From contig NC_064830.1 in assembly GCF_024166365.1 (NCBI RefSeq), positions 89,268,968 through 89,332,967 of the forward strand: DNA of 64,000 bases, given 5' to 3'. Every line of letters starts with the position of its first letter. The stretch's first letter is position 1. The stretch is from Elephas maximus. Lineage: Eukaryota. The notes under the pieces are model-generated. The model ran no database searches. It had not been told where the DNA came from and saw nothing but the letters and a program-made list of their open reading frames with translations. Of the stretch, positions 26,301 through 39,298 are shown piece after piece. Position numbers and translations under genes: made by a program.

Positions 26301-26822
26301 AAATGGTTTAGAGCTAGTAATTGACTAGGAGGGAAACTGGGTAGAGAGCTTGGTGGGAGATGTAGGAGAAACATCATGAAGCTGCCTAAATAAATACTTC
26401 ACAGTCTAGTGTAAGAAGGCAGTCCTTCGGACCAGCCCAACAGCTATTCTCTTCCCCATTCCTCTCCCTGAAAACTTTGCCTCAGAACAAGCCACCCCCC
26501 ATGCCTGATGTTTGTCAGCAGGGTTAAAAAGATACAATTCCAGGCTAGGTGCCAAAGTGTCTTGCTACCTCCTGCTTCAGATGGTCAGGTGGGAAAATCT
26601 ATATGTGCTCCACGTAGTGAGTCACATAGGCTTTAAGATATAAAAATGGCTAGGGGAGAGACTTGGAATCCCTCACCTATTGCACACATGTAGCAGATTT
26701 CCATACCACCAACTACTCTACCTAGCCAGGGAGGACTCACTTAAGGAAGACCCTTTGAGTCCCTCACCTATGGTACAAAGTGAGATATGCATAAAAGAGT
26801 CATCATCTCTGCCCACACATCC

Positions 26823-27749
26823 TTTTTTTTTTTTTAAACAGGCTGAATTCACTTTATTTTTCTTGTATAAAAACCACTATGAGGTGGCCACAGCTGGAGC
26901 TTGGGTCCTCTGCACGGAGACTCTGGTGTGAGTCTTTACCAGGTGGTCAGTGAATTCCTGGTAGGGAAACTTAGTGAACACAGTCTCTTTCCAGAGGTCA
27001 GGGGTGAGAGAGCTGTAGGTCTTGGAGATGGCATCAAAGGTGGCCTTAGCGAAATTGCCCAGGGTGGCAATGCAGCCCTTGGCTGAGATGTAGCAGTCAT
27101 CGATACTAGCCATCATCAACAGTTTCTTGGGCACAGGGGCTGAGACCATGCCAGTGCCCCTGGGTGCAGGGATGAGGCGCACCAGCACAGAGCCACAGCA
27201 GCCAGTCACCTTGCAGGGAACAGTATGGGGCTTGTTGATCTTGTTCCCCCAGTAGCCTCGCTGCACAGGGACAATGGAGAGCTTGGCCAGAATGATGGCC
27301 CCACGGATGGCGGTGGCTACTTCCTTGGAACACTTCACACCTAGGCCAACATGGCCATTGTAGTTCCCAATGGCAACAAATGCCTTGAACCTGGTCCGTT
27401 GGCCAGCATGTGTCTGCTTATGCACAGGCATGATTTTCAAAACCTCATCCTTGAGGGCCATCCCCAAGAAGAAGTCAATGATCTCAGACTCCTTGATGGG
27501 CAGGGAGAAGAGACAGATCTCCTCCAGGGACTTGATCTTCATATCCTTGACCAGGCGGCCCAGCTTGGTGACGGGAAGCCACTCCTTCGGCTTTGCCTCC
27601 ACGAGCTCCGCGGCCCCGGCCCCAGCCCGCAGGCCACTGCCAAAGCCTCCGCGGAAACCGCCACGCGTTCCCATCCCTGGGCGCCCGGGGCCTCCAGGCC
27701 CTCCCTCTGCACCGGCGTCATCCACCATTTGGCATTTTCTCAGAGAAAA
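26823..27749 (-). pseudogene. RPS2: RPS2 processed retrocopy. The ORF is intact from ATG 27728..27726 to the stop at 26877. AATAAA at 26868..26863. Poly(A) 26823-26835. Flanked by the TSD GCCCACACATCCTTTTT at 26811-26826 and 27750-27766.
   Basis: ORF 26877..27758(-) aligns to human 40S ribosomal protein S2 over about 280 aa. It is intronless and has a pyrimidine-rich (TOP-like) leader. The Arg-Gly repeat is replaced by [18 protein letters not shown], and there are several substitutions at residues recalled as conserved in human RPS2. Confidence 0.88.
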
Positions 27750-29149
27750 AGCCCACACATCCTTTTTGAGTCAAGGGGGGACCGACTCAAAAATCGATCT
27801 GCATTTATTCTGGTGTGCTGTCTGCTTCTTTTTTAAGTAATAAAAGCTACCTTCCTGTGCTAACACTCTGGGACTGTCTTGTGTGTTCAGGCTCTGATCA
27901 GATGGATGGGATATTCATGGAGGGATCGCTATCAATGGTGTCCTCTTCGTAATGGCCTGGATATTTAGGACCCTGGGACCACCAGAGAGGCAACATGTGA
28001 GTACATCATACCAGTGTACATTGTGACTATCTAGGAAGTATAATGATGCAGGAAGGTATTAACTGACATAACAGGTAAATTTTAAGCATTGGCTTTACCT
28101 CAAGGTTGTGTAGTGGGCAAAAGATGGCCATTGTACTCCAGTCATCACCTCTCTTTCTGCTAGGTAGAAGAGGATCTGGCAAAAAGTACTCAAGCTTTTT
28201 AAAAGTTTAATTTCTAGAAATATTTCTACAAACAGGACTTCATTTGATCTTTGACAATATTCTGAGGGAGGCAAGGAAGCAAGGAAATGGAGGCTCATAG
28301 AGGTCAAGGGACATGACCAAGGTCACACAGCTAGCAGGGAAGAGAATCAAGACTTGAACTGAAGTTTTCAGTGAAGGCTGTCTGCCCCTCTTTACCTTGA
28401 TGCTCTTTACTCTGGCTACATTGGCTCTGAGGTAGAGAAGGAGATGAAGTAACTCTACCCATTGACCATGAACTGAGCCAGGAGAGAGGCAGAGCTACAG
28501 GCTCACTGCTCAGGCAAGCCTTCTCTGTACACCTTCTATGTGCATGGCACTCTGTCAGTTATGGTAGGGGCAAGAGATACCCCCTGTCATCCTGGAGTTT
28601 AAGTTCCATCAGGGTGATAAGACATAGACCACCTTCTCCAAGAAGAGTACAGGCAGTGTCAAGGGAGAGAAGCTCTGCAGAAGTTAGGATGAAGGAAAAG
28701 GTAGGGAAGGTCCTCAGAAGGTGGTGTTTGAACTGGGGCTCAAACACACAGCTGGCTTTTGAGACACATGTGTGGAGGAAGGGGAAGAGAGGTGAGTATT
28801 TTGGGAAAAGTGTAGTCCAACATGTTTTTCACCTCCTGCATCTACTCTATCATCACTGCCTGTCTGTTCCATTGCAAATATCCCAGATCTACTTTGGTCT
28901 ATACCTGCCATCACTGTGGTCTGAGTCATCAACATGTTTTCCTGGTTGATGGACTTATCTTCCTAAGTGGTGTCCTTGCTGCCACCTTAGTCTCCTTCTA
29001 GCCCATTCCCCACACTGTTTAAAGCTTCTAGCTTGGGTGACTGGGTGCACAATAGGTGACCAAGTAAGACTGAGAAAATGGGCAAAGGGACCTGAGGGTA
29101 AGGGAAAGTGGTAGGTTTTGATGTCCAGTATGAGGTAGCGGTAGAACTG

Positions 29150-30000
29150 CTTCATAGGGTTTCAAAGGCTGTAAATCTTTATGGAAGCAGACTGTCACAT
29201 CTTTCTCCCATGGAACAGCTAGTAAGTTTGAACCACCAACCTTTTGGTTAGCAGCCAAGCACTTAACCGTTGCGCCACCAGAGCCTGGTCCTATGCTATC
29301 CTCATAATCGTTGATATGTTTGAACTCACTGTTCCAGCCACCATGTCAGTCCACCTTATTGAGGGCCTCCCTCTTTTTTCCTGACCCTTTACTTTACCAA
29401 GCATGATATCCTTCTCTAGTAACTGGTTCCTCCTGATAACGTGTCCAAAGTAAGCAAAATGAAGTCTCATCATCCTCACTTCTAAGGAGCATTCTGGGTG
29501 TACTTCTTCTGAGGCAGATTTGTTCGTTCTTCTGGAAATCCATGGCAAATTCAGTATTCTTCATCAACACCATAATTTGAATGTGTCGATTCTTCTTCAG
29601 TCTTCCTTTATTATCCAGCTTTCACGTGTACATGAGGCAACTGAAAATAGCATGGCTTAGGTCAGGGGCACCTTAGTCATCAAAGTGACATCTTTGATTT
29701 TTAAAACTTTAAAGAGGTCTTTTGCAGTACATATGCCCAATGCATTACGTCATTTGATTTCTTGACTGCTGCTTCCATGGACATTGATTGTTGATCCAAG
29801 AAGAATGAAATCTTTGACAACTTCAATTTCTTCACCACTTATCATGATGCTGTTTATTGGACCAATTATAAGGATTTTAATTTCTTTAAGTTCAGGTGGA
29901 ATCCATACTGAAGTCTATATAGTCTTTTACCCTCATCGGTAAGTGCTTAAAGTCCTCCTCACTTTCAGCAAGCAAATTTGTGTCACACAATTAAACACAA
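29150..30000 (-). mobile_element. AfroSINE (29150-29290) abutting an RTE 3' portion (29291-~30000)
   Basis: ORF 29291..29548(-) ...HFAYFGHVIRRNQLLEKDIMLGKVKGQEKRGRPSIRWTDMVAGT is the RTE C-terminus. Confidence 0.8.
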
Positions 30001-32141
30001 TATGATTTATATGTACCAACGTGCAGAAATTAATTCCAAATATACTGGCAAACAAAGGTACAGAGCATGATAGCCTTTTGTAAATAGATTATAATGAACT
30101 GGTCAAGGAAAAGGCATAGTAGAGGAGAAGTTACAGACAAAAAGGAAACAAAAACGGTAGATGGGGAAAAGGTCTCAAGAGACAAAGTGGGATAGGCCAG
30201 ATTACTGAGGCCACCTGGATACAGGGGAACCTTCTCCTCCAACAGGTAGAAGGGAGATGAGGGTAGGTAAGGGGATGGGACACAGACCTAGGTATTGCCA
30301 GATGACCTCAATTTTTAAATAAATGGGTAACCAAGTTCTTCAAGAGTAGAAGAAAATAGGAAGAAAGTAGAAAATGATAAGTATTTAGAAGCATACAGAA
30401 AAAATGAAAAGGTAGCTAGAAAGGAAGAGAACTGGTGGACATGGCTTAGGTTGGAAGGAACCCATTAATCCATTAGCTATTTATAATACTGTCATCGTGG
30501 TGGCATCCTTCCACAGGCTATGCTTTTTCTAACAGGAACATTTTTCCTGAGTATGAGAATGGAACGGGTAGGTGGGATGTAACACTGATCCAGGACCAGA
30601 GTATCAAGGGTTTAGTAGTAGAGATAGTTTGCGAGAAGTGTGAAACTAATAAAGTCTTGTCAGAATAGCAAAAAAAGACCAGGAAGAGAATCTAGAGATG
30701 GAAGAGAAGACAACAGAGAAGTGACAAGGAAGGGAGGGAGTTGATGGGAAGGAAGAGGATGGAGTTTAGATCTCAGAGGTGGGGCAGGTAGGAGAGTAAC
30801 CAAGTCCAGAGTGGACATGGTACTGAGCAAGGGGTGAAGCAGAACAGAACTTGTGAGGGTCCTCGGAGTTTGGGTCAATAAGGCCAAGCTATTGGCAGGG
30901 CCATCTGCAAGGATATTAGTAAGGGTTCTAGGAGGACGTAAGAATAGGTGGGGGTGGAAGGGAGGTCTGAGCTAGGGGCCCACTGAGCCAGTGATGGTGG
31001 GAAAGGAAATGATGGTGCTGGCAGAGCTGAATGCCTTGAAGGAGGAGTGTTGACTCAAGGGTAAAAAAAGAATGGGGTCTTAGTGGCATTATGCTCCAAG
31101 GAGGGAGAGGCCTTGACCTCCTGGTCTGGAGCTCCCAGTGTTTGAGAGAATGAGCTGCCACCATGGGCAGGGGCCACTGGGGAAACCCAAATCCTTGAGG
31201 AAGCAGAAGCTGAAACAAGGCAGGGATAAGGAAAGCTTTTACTCTCAGTCCTGGGGAGCTTTTAAATACTGATGCCTGGAATAGCCCTCATCCCACCCAG
31301 AGGTTGACTTAACTGGTCTAGGGTAAGGCCAGGACATGAATTTATGTTTTAACTTTTAATTTGGACAGTTTCAAATTTACAGAAAAGTTGCAAAATAGTA
31401 CAGAAAATTCCCATACATGCTTCCACCAGATTCTCTAAGGGGTAACATTTTAATCACATTGTTTACACCGCCTCTCCACACACACACTATCCCCCTCAAG
31501 CTGTCTGCATCTAAGTGGCCACGAATATTTTAGAAAGCTCCCCTGGTCGTGCTATTATGCACCCAGGATCAGTAACCACCACGAGTTAGTAGAGGAACCC
31601 AGAGTGAAAAAGTATAAAATGGTAAGAAGATAAGCGGAAGAGAACAGTTCAGGACATGGGGGTGGGATGTCCCCTTGCTCCTGGCCCAGGGCCTGAGGGC
31701 AGCATGGACAAGGCCTGGGTGGGATACAGGCCTCCAATGCGCTCCCTTGGAACCGGTCATCTGAGCCTGGACCTTCACTTGTCCATTATTGCCTTGTCAC
31801 TGCCCAACAGTATCTGGCACTGTGAATGAAATTCACAAGTCATTTAGTGCCACAACAGGTTGGGAGCTTCAAGCAGCCTCTGAGCCTAAATAGACTGGGT
31901 GATCAGATGGGCCAACAGTTCACAAAGGAGGGTCCATCTGTTGTGGATGTATATGGAGGAGGGGGTGATTGGGGGAGGTTGGTGAAGAGGGGATGAGTCA
32001 ATTCTGCCCCTGCTGAGAGTCAGCAACTATCCCCTCCCAGCCCTTACCACTGCCCCAGGTATTTTTCCCCTTAGTAGTGTGAAGCCCTAGGACAGGGTGG
32101 CAGGACAGAGAGAGTAGGCATACGGGAGGCAAGCCAGGTAC

Positions 32142-32337
32142 CTTTTCCAGTATCTCCCCCGGATATAAGGGGAAGGGGTCCTGGGCCAGCCGGATCTCCA
32201 GGTCAGCATGGCGAAGCCGTACTTGTCCTGTGACGTCAAACAGCACTGAACCCTCGGCATCCCGGGACACAGGATTGGCCACTGTGCAGTAGTGGCGTGG
32301 GGGGACAGTCACCATGGGCACAGGGGCAAACAGTACC
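32142..32337 (-). CDS. MVP: MVP coding exon 2: (R)[65 protein letters not shown]. Acceptor CAG|G, donor AAG|GTACCT.
   Basis: ORF 31998..32321(-). Matches human MVP residues ~42-107. Phase is consistent with the flanking exons. Confidence 0.9.
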
Positions 32338-32571
32338 CTGTTGGAGTGTAAGAAGAGGGATGAGGACCCAGGCAGGGCCTCCTCTACCTCCTGGAGGAGG
32401 CAGTGAATGGGAGAGAAACCTGCCTACCTATTCCCACAGGAATCCTCCTGTCACCTGAGGGAGGGCTACTCCTGCTTAGAAGCAGGAATAAGGGAACTGA
32501 GACCATGACAGCCAGCCTAATGGGCCCTCCTCAGCCCCAAGGGCTCCACACACAGCGAACCCCACACTAAC

Positions 32572-32708
32572 CTCTCATTGTCCTGCCGGATGTAGGTCTT
32601 TGGCCCGACCTCCACACGGGACACGTTGCTGTTCTGGTCCAGGACATGGATGTAGTGGTATGGGGGGATGCGGATGATGGACTCTTCTGTTGCCATGGTG
32701 ATCAAGGG
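32572..32708 (-). CDS. MVP: MVP coding exon 1 (gene exon 2). ATG at 32696..32694, CDS part 32572-32696, encoding [41 protein letters not shown](R). Donor GAGAG|GTTAGT. The 5' exon edge (acceptor near 32709) is uncertain.
   Basis: ORF 32517..32726(-) contains [42 protein letters not shown], near-identical to the human MVP N-terminus (recalled). Donor GT follows codon 52 of that ORF. Confidence 0.88.
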
Positions 32709-33609
32709 CTGGTCAGAGTACAGCACGGAGAATTACAGACAGGGAAAGGACACAGGATGAGCACATGGAATGAGCCAAGGAGGAAGGAGTCTGAGGAGCA
32801 ACTGTGGATGAAGGAAAGGACCTCCAGCTCCAACCATTCCACACTTCAGCACAGCAAATGCTTGCTGCCTTTCTTCATCGGACACAGCATAACACACCCA
32901 TCGAGGCCTCATTCTTGCCAAGAACTGCCCGATGTGTTAACCATTGAAGCTCAAAGTTCTTTGTTGACTCCCCTCCCTTCCAGCCACTAACATCACCCTC
33001 CTCGAAGCCCCAGGCCCCACAGAATGTCAGGGAGTTGGAAGAGTTGGTCTTTCTATGGATCTTCAGCACAAAGGGAAAACACTCTGAACAGCTCGCTGGC
33101 TCTTGGAAGCAGGCAGCCATTATTCCAGGAGATGCTGAGGGCCTCAACTGTATTCAAATGTTACCCATAAATACACCCCAGAGCCAAAGAATATTTGCAT
33201 GATCTTTACCTGCACCCCTAACCTTCCATGTGCTTTAAACAATTCTGGGGTAACTGTTAAGACTTGGTTCTCCTCTCATAGAGGAAACCCGTGACAGAAC
33301 TGATACTCCCAGGGAGTTAGCTGGACTGGAAATCCACAAGTCCTTCTAGCCTTTTCCTCACCAGTTTCCTTTCTGGTCTGTAGCCACCCTTGGCAGGAAT
33401 AGGGGTGGGTAGGAAGATGAAAGGAGGTAAAAGAGTATTGTATTTCACCCACCCCCATCTGATCCGGGTGGTTGACTGAAACCCCATCGCACTGCCAGCA
33501 CCTTTGGACTTTGGACATGTTGTAGCTCAAAGGGAACCAAGTTTACTGGAGACTTAGAGCCTTGTCCTCTTAGACATTAGCAGACATTTTTGAAGCTAGC
33601 ACCAGAAAG

Positions 33610-33780
33610 CAAATGGAAACCCTAGTGGTGTAGTGGTTAAGAGCTACAGCTGCAAACCAAAGGGTCACCAGTTTGAATCCACCAGGCACTTCTTGGAAAC
33701 CCTATGGGGCAGTTCTACTCTGTCCTATAGGGTCGCTATGAGTTGGAGTTGACTTGATGGCAATGGGTTTACCAGAGAGC
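33610..33780 (+). mobile_element. AfroSINE
   Basis: ggaaaccctagtggtgtagtggttaagagctacagctgcaaaccaaagggtcaccagtttgaatccaccaggc... Confidence 0.85.
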
Positions 33781-33894
33781 AACAGCGCCTCTTTAACTCA
33801 ACCACTTACCCAGCTTCCAACCTGGGTGAGGAATGGGAAGTGAAAAAGAAAAGGGGGTGGCTTGGCGTAGGAAAAATAGGCAAAGCCGAAAAAA

Positions 33895-34060
33895 CCCAAA
33901 CCTGTTGCATTGAGTCGATTTCAACTCATAGTGACACCATAGCACTGACTACAGCTGCCCTATAGGATTTCCAAGGAATGCCTGGTGGGTTTGAACTGCC
34001 GACCTTTTGGTTAGCAACCATAGCTCTTAACCACTATGCCACCAGGGTTTCCAAAAATAG
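33895..34060 (-). mobile_element. AfroSINE
   Basis: cctgttgcattgagtcgatttcaactcatagtgacaccatagcactgactacagctgccctataggatttccaaggaatgcctggtgggtttgaactgccgacc. Confidence 0.85.
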
Positions 34061-35174
34061 GCGGGACCTGTGAAACTATAGAATCGAGGCCAGAAGTGGC
34101 CCAAGAGAAGAGTTTTACACAGTACAGTGTAGTGGGTTTCTCTTATATAGGGCTTTTCTTGCCTAGATTTGTAGTTCTGCCAAAAATTATTGGTTGGGCC
34201 AAAGCCCGCCCCATGATTAGTCTATTTGATGAACTTTGCAGGGATTGGTGAGTCTACTATGCAAACAGAGTGTGTAAAACCACCCATAGGATTAAGTGAC
34301 CTTTCGGGAATTGGTTGATACTAGGCAAATTAAATGACTATGGCCTACCAAGGGGATTGGTCAGTTCGTGATCTGGTAGGAGGGCCATGACTTGAAATTG
34401 ACAGGAAGTAGGCTTACATAAGGGCCAAATGCACAGACGTTAAGGGGGACTTCACTACGATCAAAAAGAGACTATAGCAGAGTGCATCCTTTGGACTCAG
34501 GGTCTCTGCGCTGAGAACCTCCTAAACACGGGAGAGAGAGAGGTATAACACTGAAGACGGGGCAAGACAGCACGTGATGTCTCAGCAGCATGAACGGTAG
34601 CAGGACGAGCGACGGGAATCAGGAGACCAGCAACGATGGACTCACATCTCCACATGGTAAAATTGCCTGGAGCCAAGTGGCAACTGTGCTACATACGTGG
34701 GCACAAGCATTCCACTCGCTGCAGTCCCCACCATTTCCTGGTACCTTAGACCTGGGTCACTGACTCACATCTTCCGGCTAGCTCCTGTGTGCATTTAAAT
34801 TTACCACCACCGCTCCAGTTTAAACTCTAAATCAGCACTGTCCGATAGAACTTTCTGCGATGAATGGAAATGTTCGAAATCTGTGTTCTTTGGACTAGGC
34901 ACATGTGACTTTGGAGCCCTTGAAATGTGGCTAGTGCTACTGAAGAACTGACTTTTAAGTTTGAATTAACTTAAATATAAAGGGCCAGATGTGGCCGGTT
35001 GACCTCACATTGGACATCACAGTTCTAAATGGCTGAGACCCAGATAGGGACAATGAATTATTCAGGATCTTATGTCTGATCCCATCTTTCTAAAAGGTAG
35101 TATGGTACAGCGGTTAGGGGAATGGATTCAAAGCCAGACTGCCCGGGCTTACACTTTCTCACTTGTCCTGTTCA

Positions 35175-35395
35175 TACCTTGAAAAGCCCTGGTTGGGCAG
35201 TGGTTAAGCACTCGGCTGCTAATCAAAAGGTCAGCAGTTCAAACCCAGCAGCCACTCAGAGGGAGAAAGATGTAGCAGTCTGCTTTCGTAAAGGTTACAG
35301 CCTGGCAGACCCTATGGGGCAGTTCTATTCTGTCCTCTAGCGTCACTATGAGTCAGAATGGACTCAACAGCAATGGGTTTGGGTTTTTTTTTAAT
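35175..35395 (+). mobile_element. AfroSINE
   Basis: gccctggttgggcagtggttaagcactcggctgctaatcaaaaggtcagcagttcaaacccagcagcc...tgagtcagaatggactcaacagcaatggg. Confidence 0.85.
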
Positions 35396-37439
35396 TACTG
35401 TTTTCTTAATATCTTACTTCATTTTGAAAGAGGTTATCGTTTTGATCTGCTTTCCTGGTACACTTTCCACACCAGAGGGATGCTATTCTGCTCCTCATAA
35501 ATTCATCTTGTACCTTTGTATGGGACTTGACCTTACATACTTTTCCGTTGCTCGTTTTGATGTGTAAAGCAGGGTGGCTTTTTTAGCTTCAGAGCTCCCT
35601 CTTCTGTTGCTTTCCAGTAGTGTTCAAAAACACACAGGCTCCCTTTCTAATCTCCTGGCTCCCGCCCCTCCTCCATTTGATCTGGCCCTTCTCTCGTTCC
35701 TCTCTATTTCCCTGTCAGGCTCAGTTAGGTCCCACTTCCCTAAGTTGATTCCAGTGTGGAGCCTTGTCCTGGAAGGAGTACTTTCAAGAGTTTCCAGGGA
35801 CAGGAGCTGCCTGGGTCTAAGGCTTATTTGCTGAGTGATTTGAGACAAGTCCATTGACCTCCCTGCACCTCAGGTTCCTCATCTGTAAAATGGGCATGGA
35901 TAATGGCATCTACCTCAGAGTTATAAGGATTAAGAAATTTGCTTTATAAAACCCTTAGAGTCTGGCTCAGGTTTTTCATGTTGAGGCAGGGAATAGCCTC
36001 TGAGGCTCAGCTTTCCTATCCAGTTAGGGGAAGTGACAACACCAGAGGCTCTCTACCCCCCTGGCATCCCAGCCTTAGGCACTCACTTGTTTACTGACGG
36101 GAGGGTGGCAAGTCTGTGACACCCCAGCTGTGGGGCTAGGAGAATAGCAAAGCAGGGGCATTGGACAGCCAAGTAGAGCCTTTTCCAGCCTTTGCCAAGT
36201 TCTCTGTGGGGATGGAAGCCTGGCCAGGAAACCAGATGGGGAAGAGGAAGGGCCAGGGCTGTAGGCAGAAGTGCAGACAAGGCTGTGAGGCTCCCCAAGG
36301 AAAATGTGAATTCTAGAAGGCCACAGAGGGCTAGGAGCAGGCTTTGGGAATAGCCTCGGTTCGCTCCTTGTTGGACGATCCTACATCGCCCAGGGCTGAG
36401 GCCTCGCCACCATCTGCCACCCCAGCTGGGCCCAGTCAGGGGGGCTGAGAGCCTCACCCAGCTCGGTGACTCAGCTGAGAGTCATTCATTTAGCTGGTAG
36501 GGCTGGGCTGGACTCCTGCCTTGTTCCAAGGCCAAGTCCTTATTGCAGTACGAGGACCCCTGTCTTCCCTCCCTCACTACCCACCTGACCTACCATGCCT
36601 AGAAGAAGGCTGTGCCTTCTTCCTGGACCACCTGCCAACTTCACCCAGAATAGGTTTTGTCTTCTTACCCTTGCCACCCCATCGTTCCATGGAGGTGAGC
36701 CCAATAGGGCCTCTCAGGGAATCCAGGCAAACCATGACTCAGCCAGTATATTCCTGACAAGTCTCAGATTTAGACTTTTGTGGTTTACCAGATGACATTG
36801 TGTATAGTTAGATCATTTTACCCCCAATATATCAGGACCCTCAAAAGACAATGGTTACAACTGTGGTAGCATTTAGAAGATCCTCCCTAGTCCTCAGGGT
36901 TGGCCCCAACTGCCCAAATCCACCCACCTACCCACCTACTCAGACCTTCCTTCAGTCTTTGCTGCTGAGACCCAATCTGGGAATGTGCCCAGCCTTGCCC
37001 AAGCACACTTCCTTCAATTGTCATGAAGCTTCTACATGAATCTCACTCTACTAGTGCTAACCACTGCCAACATTCACCCAAAGTCTTACAGAGACCAATG
37101 TCTCCCCTGCACACGAAGAAGGGAGGGGTAATGGCTGGGTAAGACAAAAAGAGAAGAGCCTGTAAGAAGCAGAAGCTAACTTTACCCTGTAGTTAACAGA
37201 CCAGCCTCTTGGCTCAGAAAGTAAATCTATGCTACAGCATAAATACATATATGATGAATGAATGATTACAAGTCACTACAAAGAGATCTTCAGGGTCAAC
37301 TCCAAGTGGCCAAAACAGTGAATCTTAAATAGCAAATGCCAAAGTGACCACGCCGTCTAAAGCCTTCCTACTCAGTCTGGTCTGCAGTGAGCAGCATTGG
37401 CACCATTTGGAAGCTTGTTAGAAATGCTGATGCTTGGGC

Positions 37440-38928
37440 CTCACCCTGTTGTTGTTGTTAGGTGCCACTGAGTCAGTTCCAACTCTATGTACAACAGAAT
37501 GAAACACTGCCTGATCCTACTCCATCTTCATAACCATTGCTATGTTTCATCCCATCGCTGCAGTCACTGTCTCAATTCATCTTGTTGAGGGTCTTCCTTT
37601 CTTTCACTGACCCTCTACTTTACCAAGCATGATGTCCTTCTCCAGATACTGGTCCCTCCTGATAACCTGTCTAAAATATGTGAGACCAAGTCTTATCATC
37701 TTACCTGCTAAGGAGCATTCTGGCTGCACTTTTTCTAAGATAGATTTGTTCATTCTTCTGGCAGTCCATGGTATATTTAGTATTCTTCACCGACACCATA
37801 ATTCAAATGCATCAATTCTCCTTAAAAACTAATTCTTCTGGCAGTCCATGGTATATTTAGTATTCTTCACCAACACCATAATTCAAATGCATCAATTAGG
37901 TCTTCCTTATTCATTGTCCAGTTTTACATGCATATGAGGCAACTGAAAATGCCATGGCTTGGCTCAGGCTCACTTTAGTCCTCAAAGTGACATCTTTGGT
38001 TTTCAACACTTTAAAGAGGTCTTTTGCAGCAGATTTGTCCAATGCAATACACCCTTTGATTTCTTGACTGCTGTTTCCAGAGGCATTGATTGTGGATCCA
38101 AGTAAAATGAAATCCCTGACAACTTCAGTCTTTTTTCCGATTATCATCGTGTGGCTTATTGGTCCAGTTGTCAAGATTTTTGTTTCCTTTGTGTTGAGGT
38201 GTAATCCATACTGAAGGCTGTAGTCTTGGATCTTCATCAGTAAGTGCTTCAAGTCCTCTTGGCTTTCGGCAAGCAAGGTCGTATCATCCACACATCGCAG
38301 GTTGTTAATGAGTCTTCCTCCAATCCTGATGGCACATTCTTCTTCATGTAGTCCAACTTCTCTGATTATTTGCTCAGCACGCAAAGTGAATAAGTATGGT
38401 GAAAGGATACAACCCTGACACACATCTTTTCTGATTTTAAACCACTCAGTATCTCCTTGTTCTGTTTGAATGACGGCCTTTTGGTCTATGTACAGGTTCC
38501 TCATGAGCACAATTAAGTGTTCTGGACTTCCCATTCTTTACAATGTTATCCATAATTTGTTATGATCCACACAGTCGAATGCCTTTGCATAGCCAGTAAA
38601 ACACAGGTAAACATCTTTCTGGTATTCTCTACTTTCAGCTAAGATCCTTGTTCCATATCCTCTTCTGACTCTACTTGAAATCTGACAGTTCCTGGTCAAT
38701 ATACTGCTGCAACTGCTTTTGAGTTAACTTCAGCAAAATTTTACTTGCGTGTGATATTAATGGTAGTGTTCAGTAATTTCTACATTCTGTTGGATCACCT
38801 TTGGAATGGGCACAAATATGGATCTCTTCCAGTCAGTTGGCCAGGTAGCCCTTTTCCAAATCTCTTGGCACGGAAGAGTAAGCACCTCTACTGCTACATC
38901 CATTTGTTGAAACTTCTCAATTGGTATT
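37440..38928 (-). mobile_element. RTE element (RT domain ORF 37911..38534), 3' part. The element is split by the ERV insertion and continues at 45665-47050.
   Basis: RT motifs FKIRKDVCQGCILSPYLF and LRCVDDTTLLAESQEDLKHLLMKIQDYSLQYGLHLNTKETKILTTG. The sequence at 38880-38928 continues uninterrupted at 45665 onward. Confidence 0.85.
37745..37885 (-). repeat. ~65 bp direct tandem duplication inside the RTE copy
   Basis: ttcttctggcagtccatggtatatttagtattcttcacc(g/a)acaccataattcaaatgcatcaatt occurs twice in succession. Confidence 0.85.
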
Positions 38929-39298
38929 TGAAGGGGAAAACAGGCTTTGTGAGGCCAAACATGGCTGCCCTCATGTTTCCGTTAGTTCATTGCTGTTTCT
39001 GTTCACTGCTGTTTTCCAAGCCTGTGTTAGGTGACCTTGCTGCGGCAGTCCTATGTAACTCGCTGGCTTGGAGTCCCCTTTGTGTTTGACCACTGTAAAA
39101 CCTCTGTCCCCTCCTACTGCTGAGTTAGGTGATCTGCCCTGTCCTCCTGCCACCAAGGACCACTACCTCGGCGTATAAAGCTCCCCAATAATAAAAACTC
39201 CTTCCCCACCACACTGGAGTTGCCTGCCTCTTTCTTTGGTCTCTCAACACACTCCAATTTTGAAGGCAAATTTCAAGTCACTGGTCCATATCCAGACA
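38929..39298 (+). repeat. ERV 5' LTR, with TATAAA (~39174) and AATAAA (~39190)
   Basis: ...cctcggcgtataaagctccccaataataaaaactccttcc... about 85% identical to the 3' LTR. Confidence 0.8.

Noticed and set aside
36083-36457. ORF 36083..36457(-) in a CpG-containing segment that ends at a GT donor (CAA|GTGAGT), considered as a possible MVP first exon
   Set aside because: It has no similarity to MVP or any protein I recognise. In human, the first MVP exon is recalled to sit next to PAGR1, which here lies at ~52.8 kb, so this is probably a chance ORF. It is kept only as a very weak alternative.
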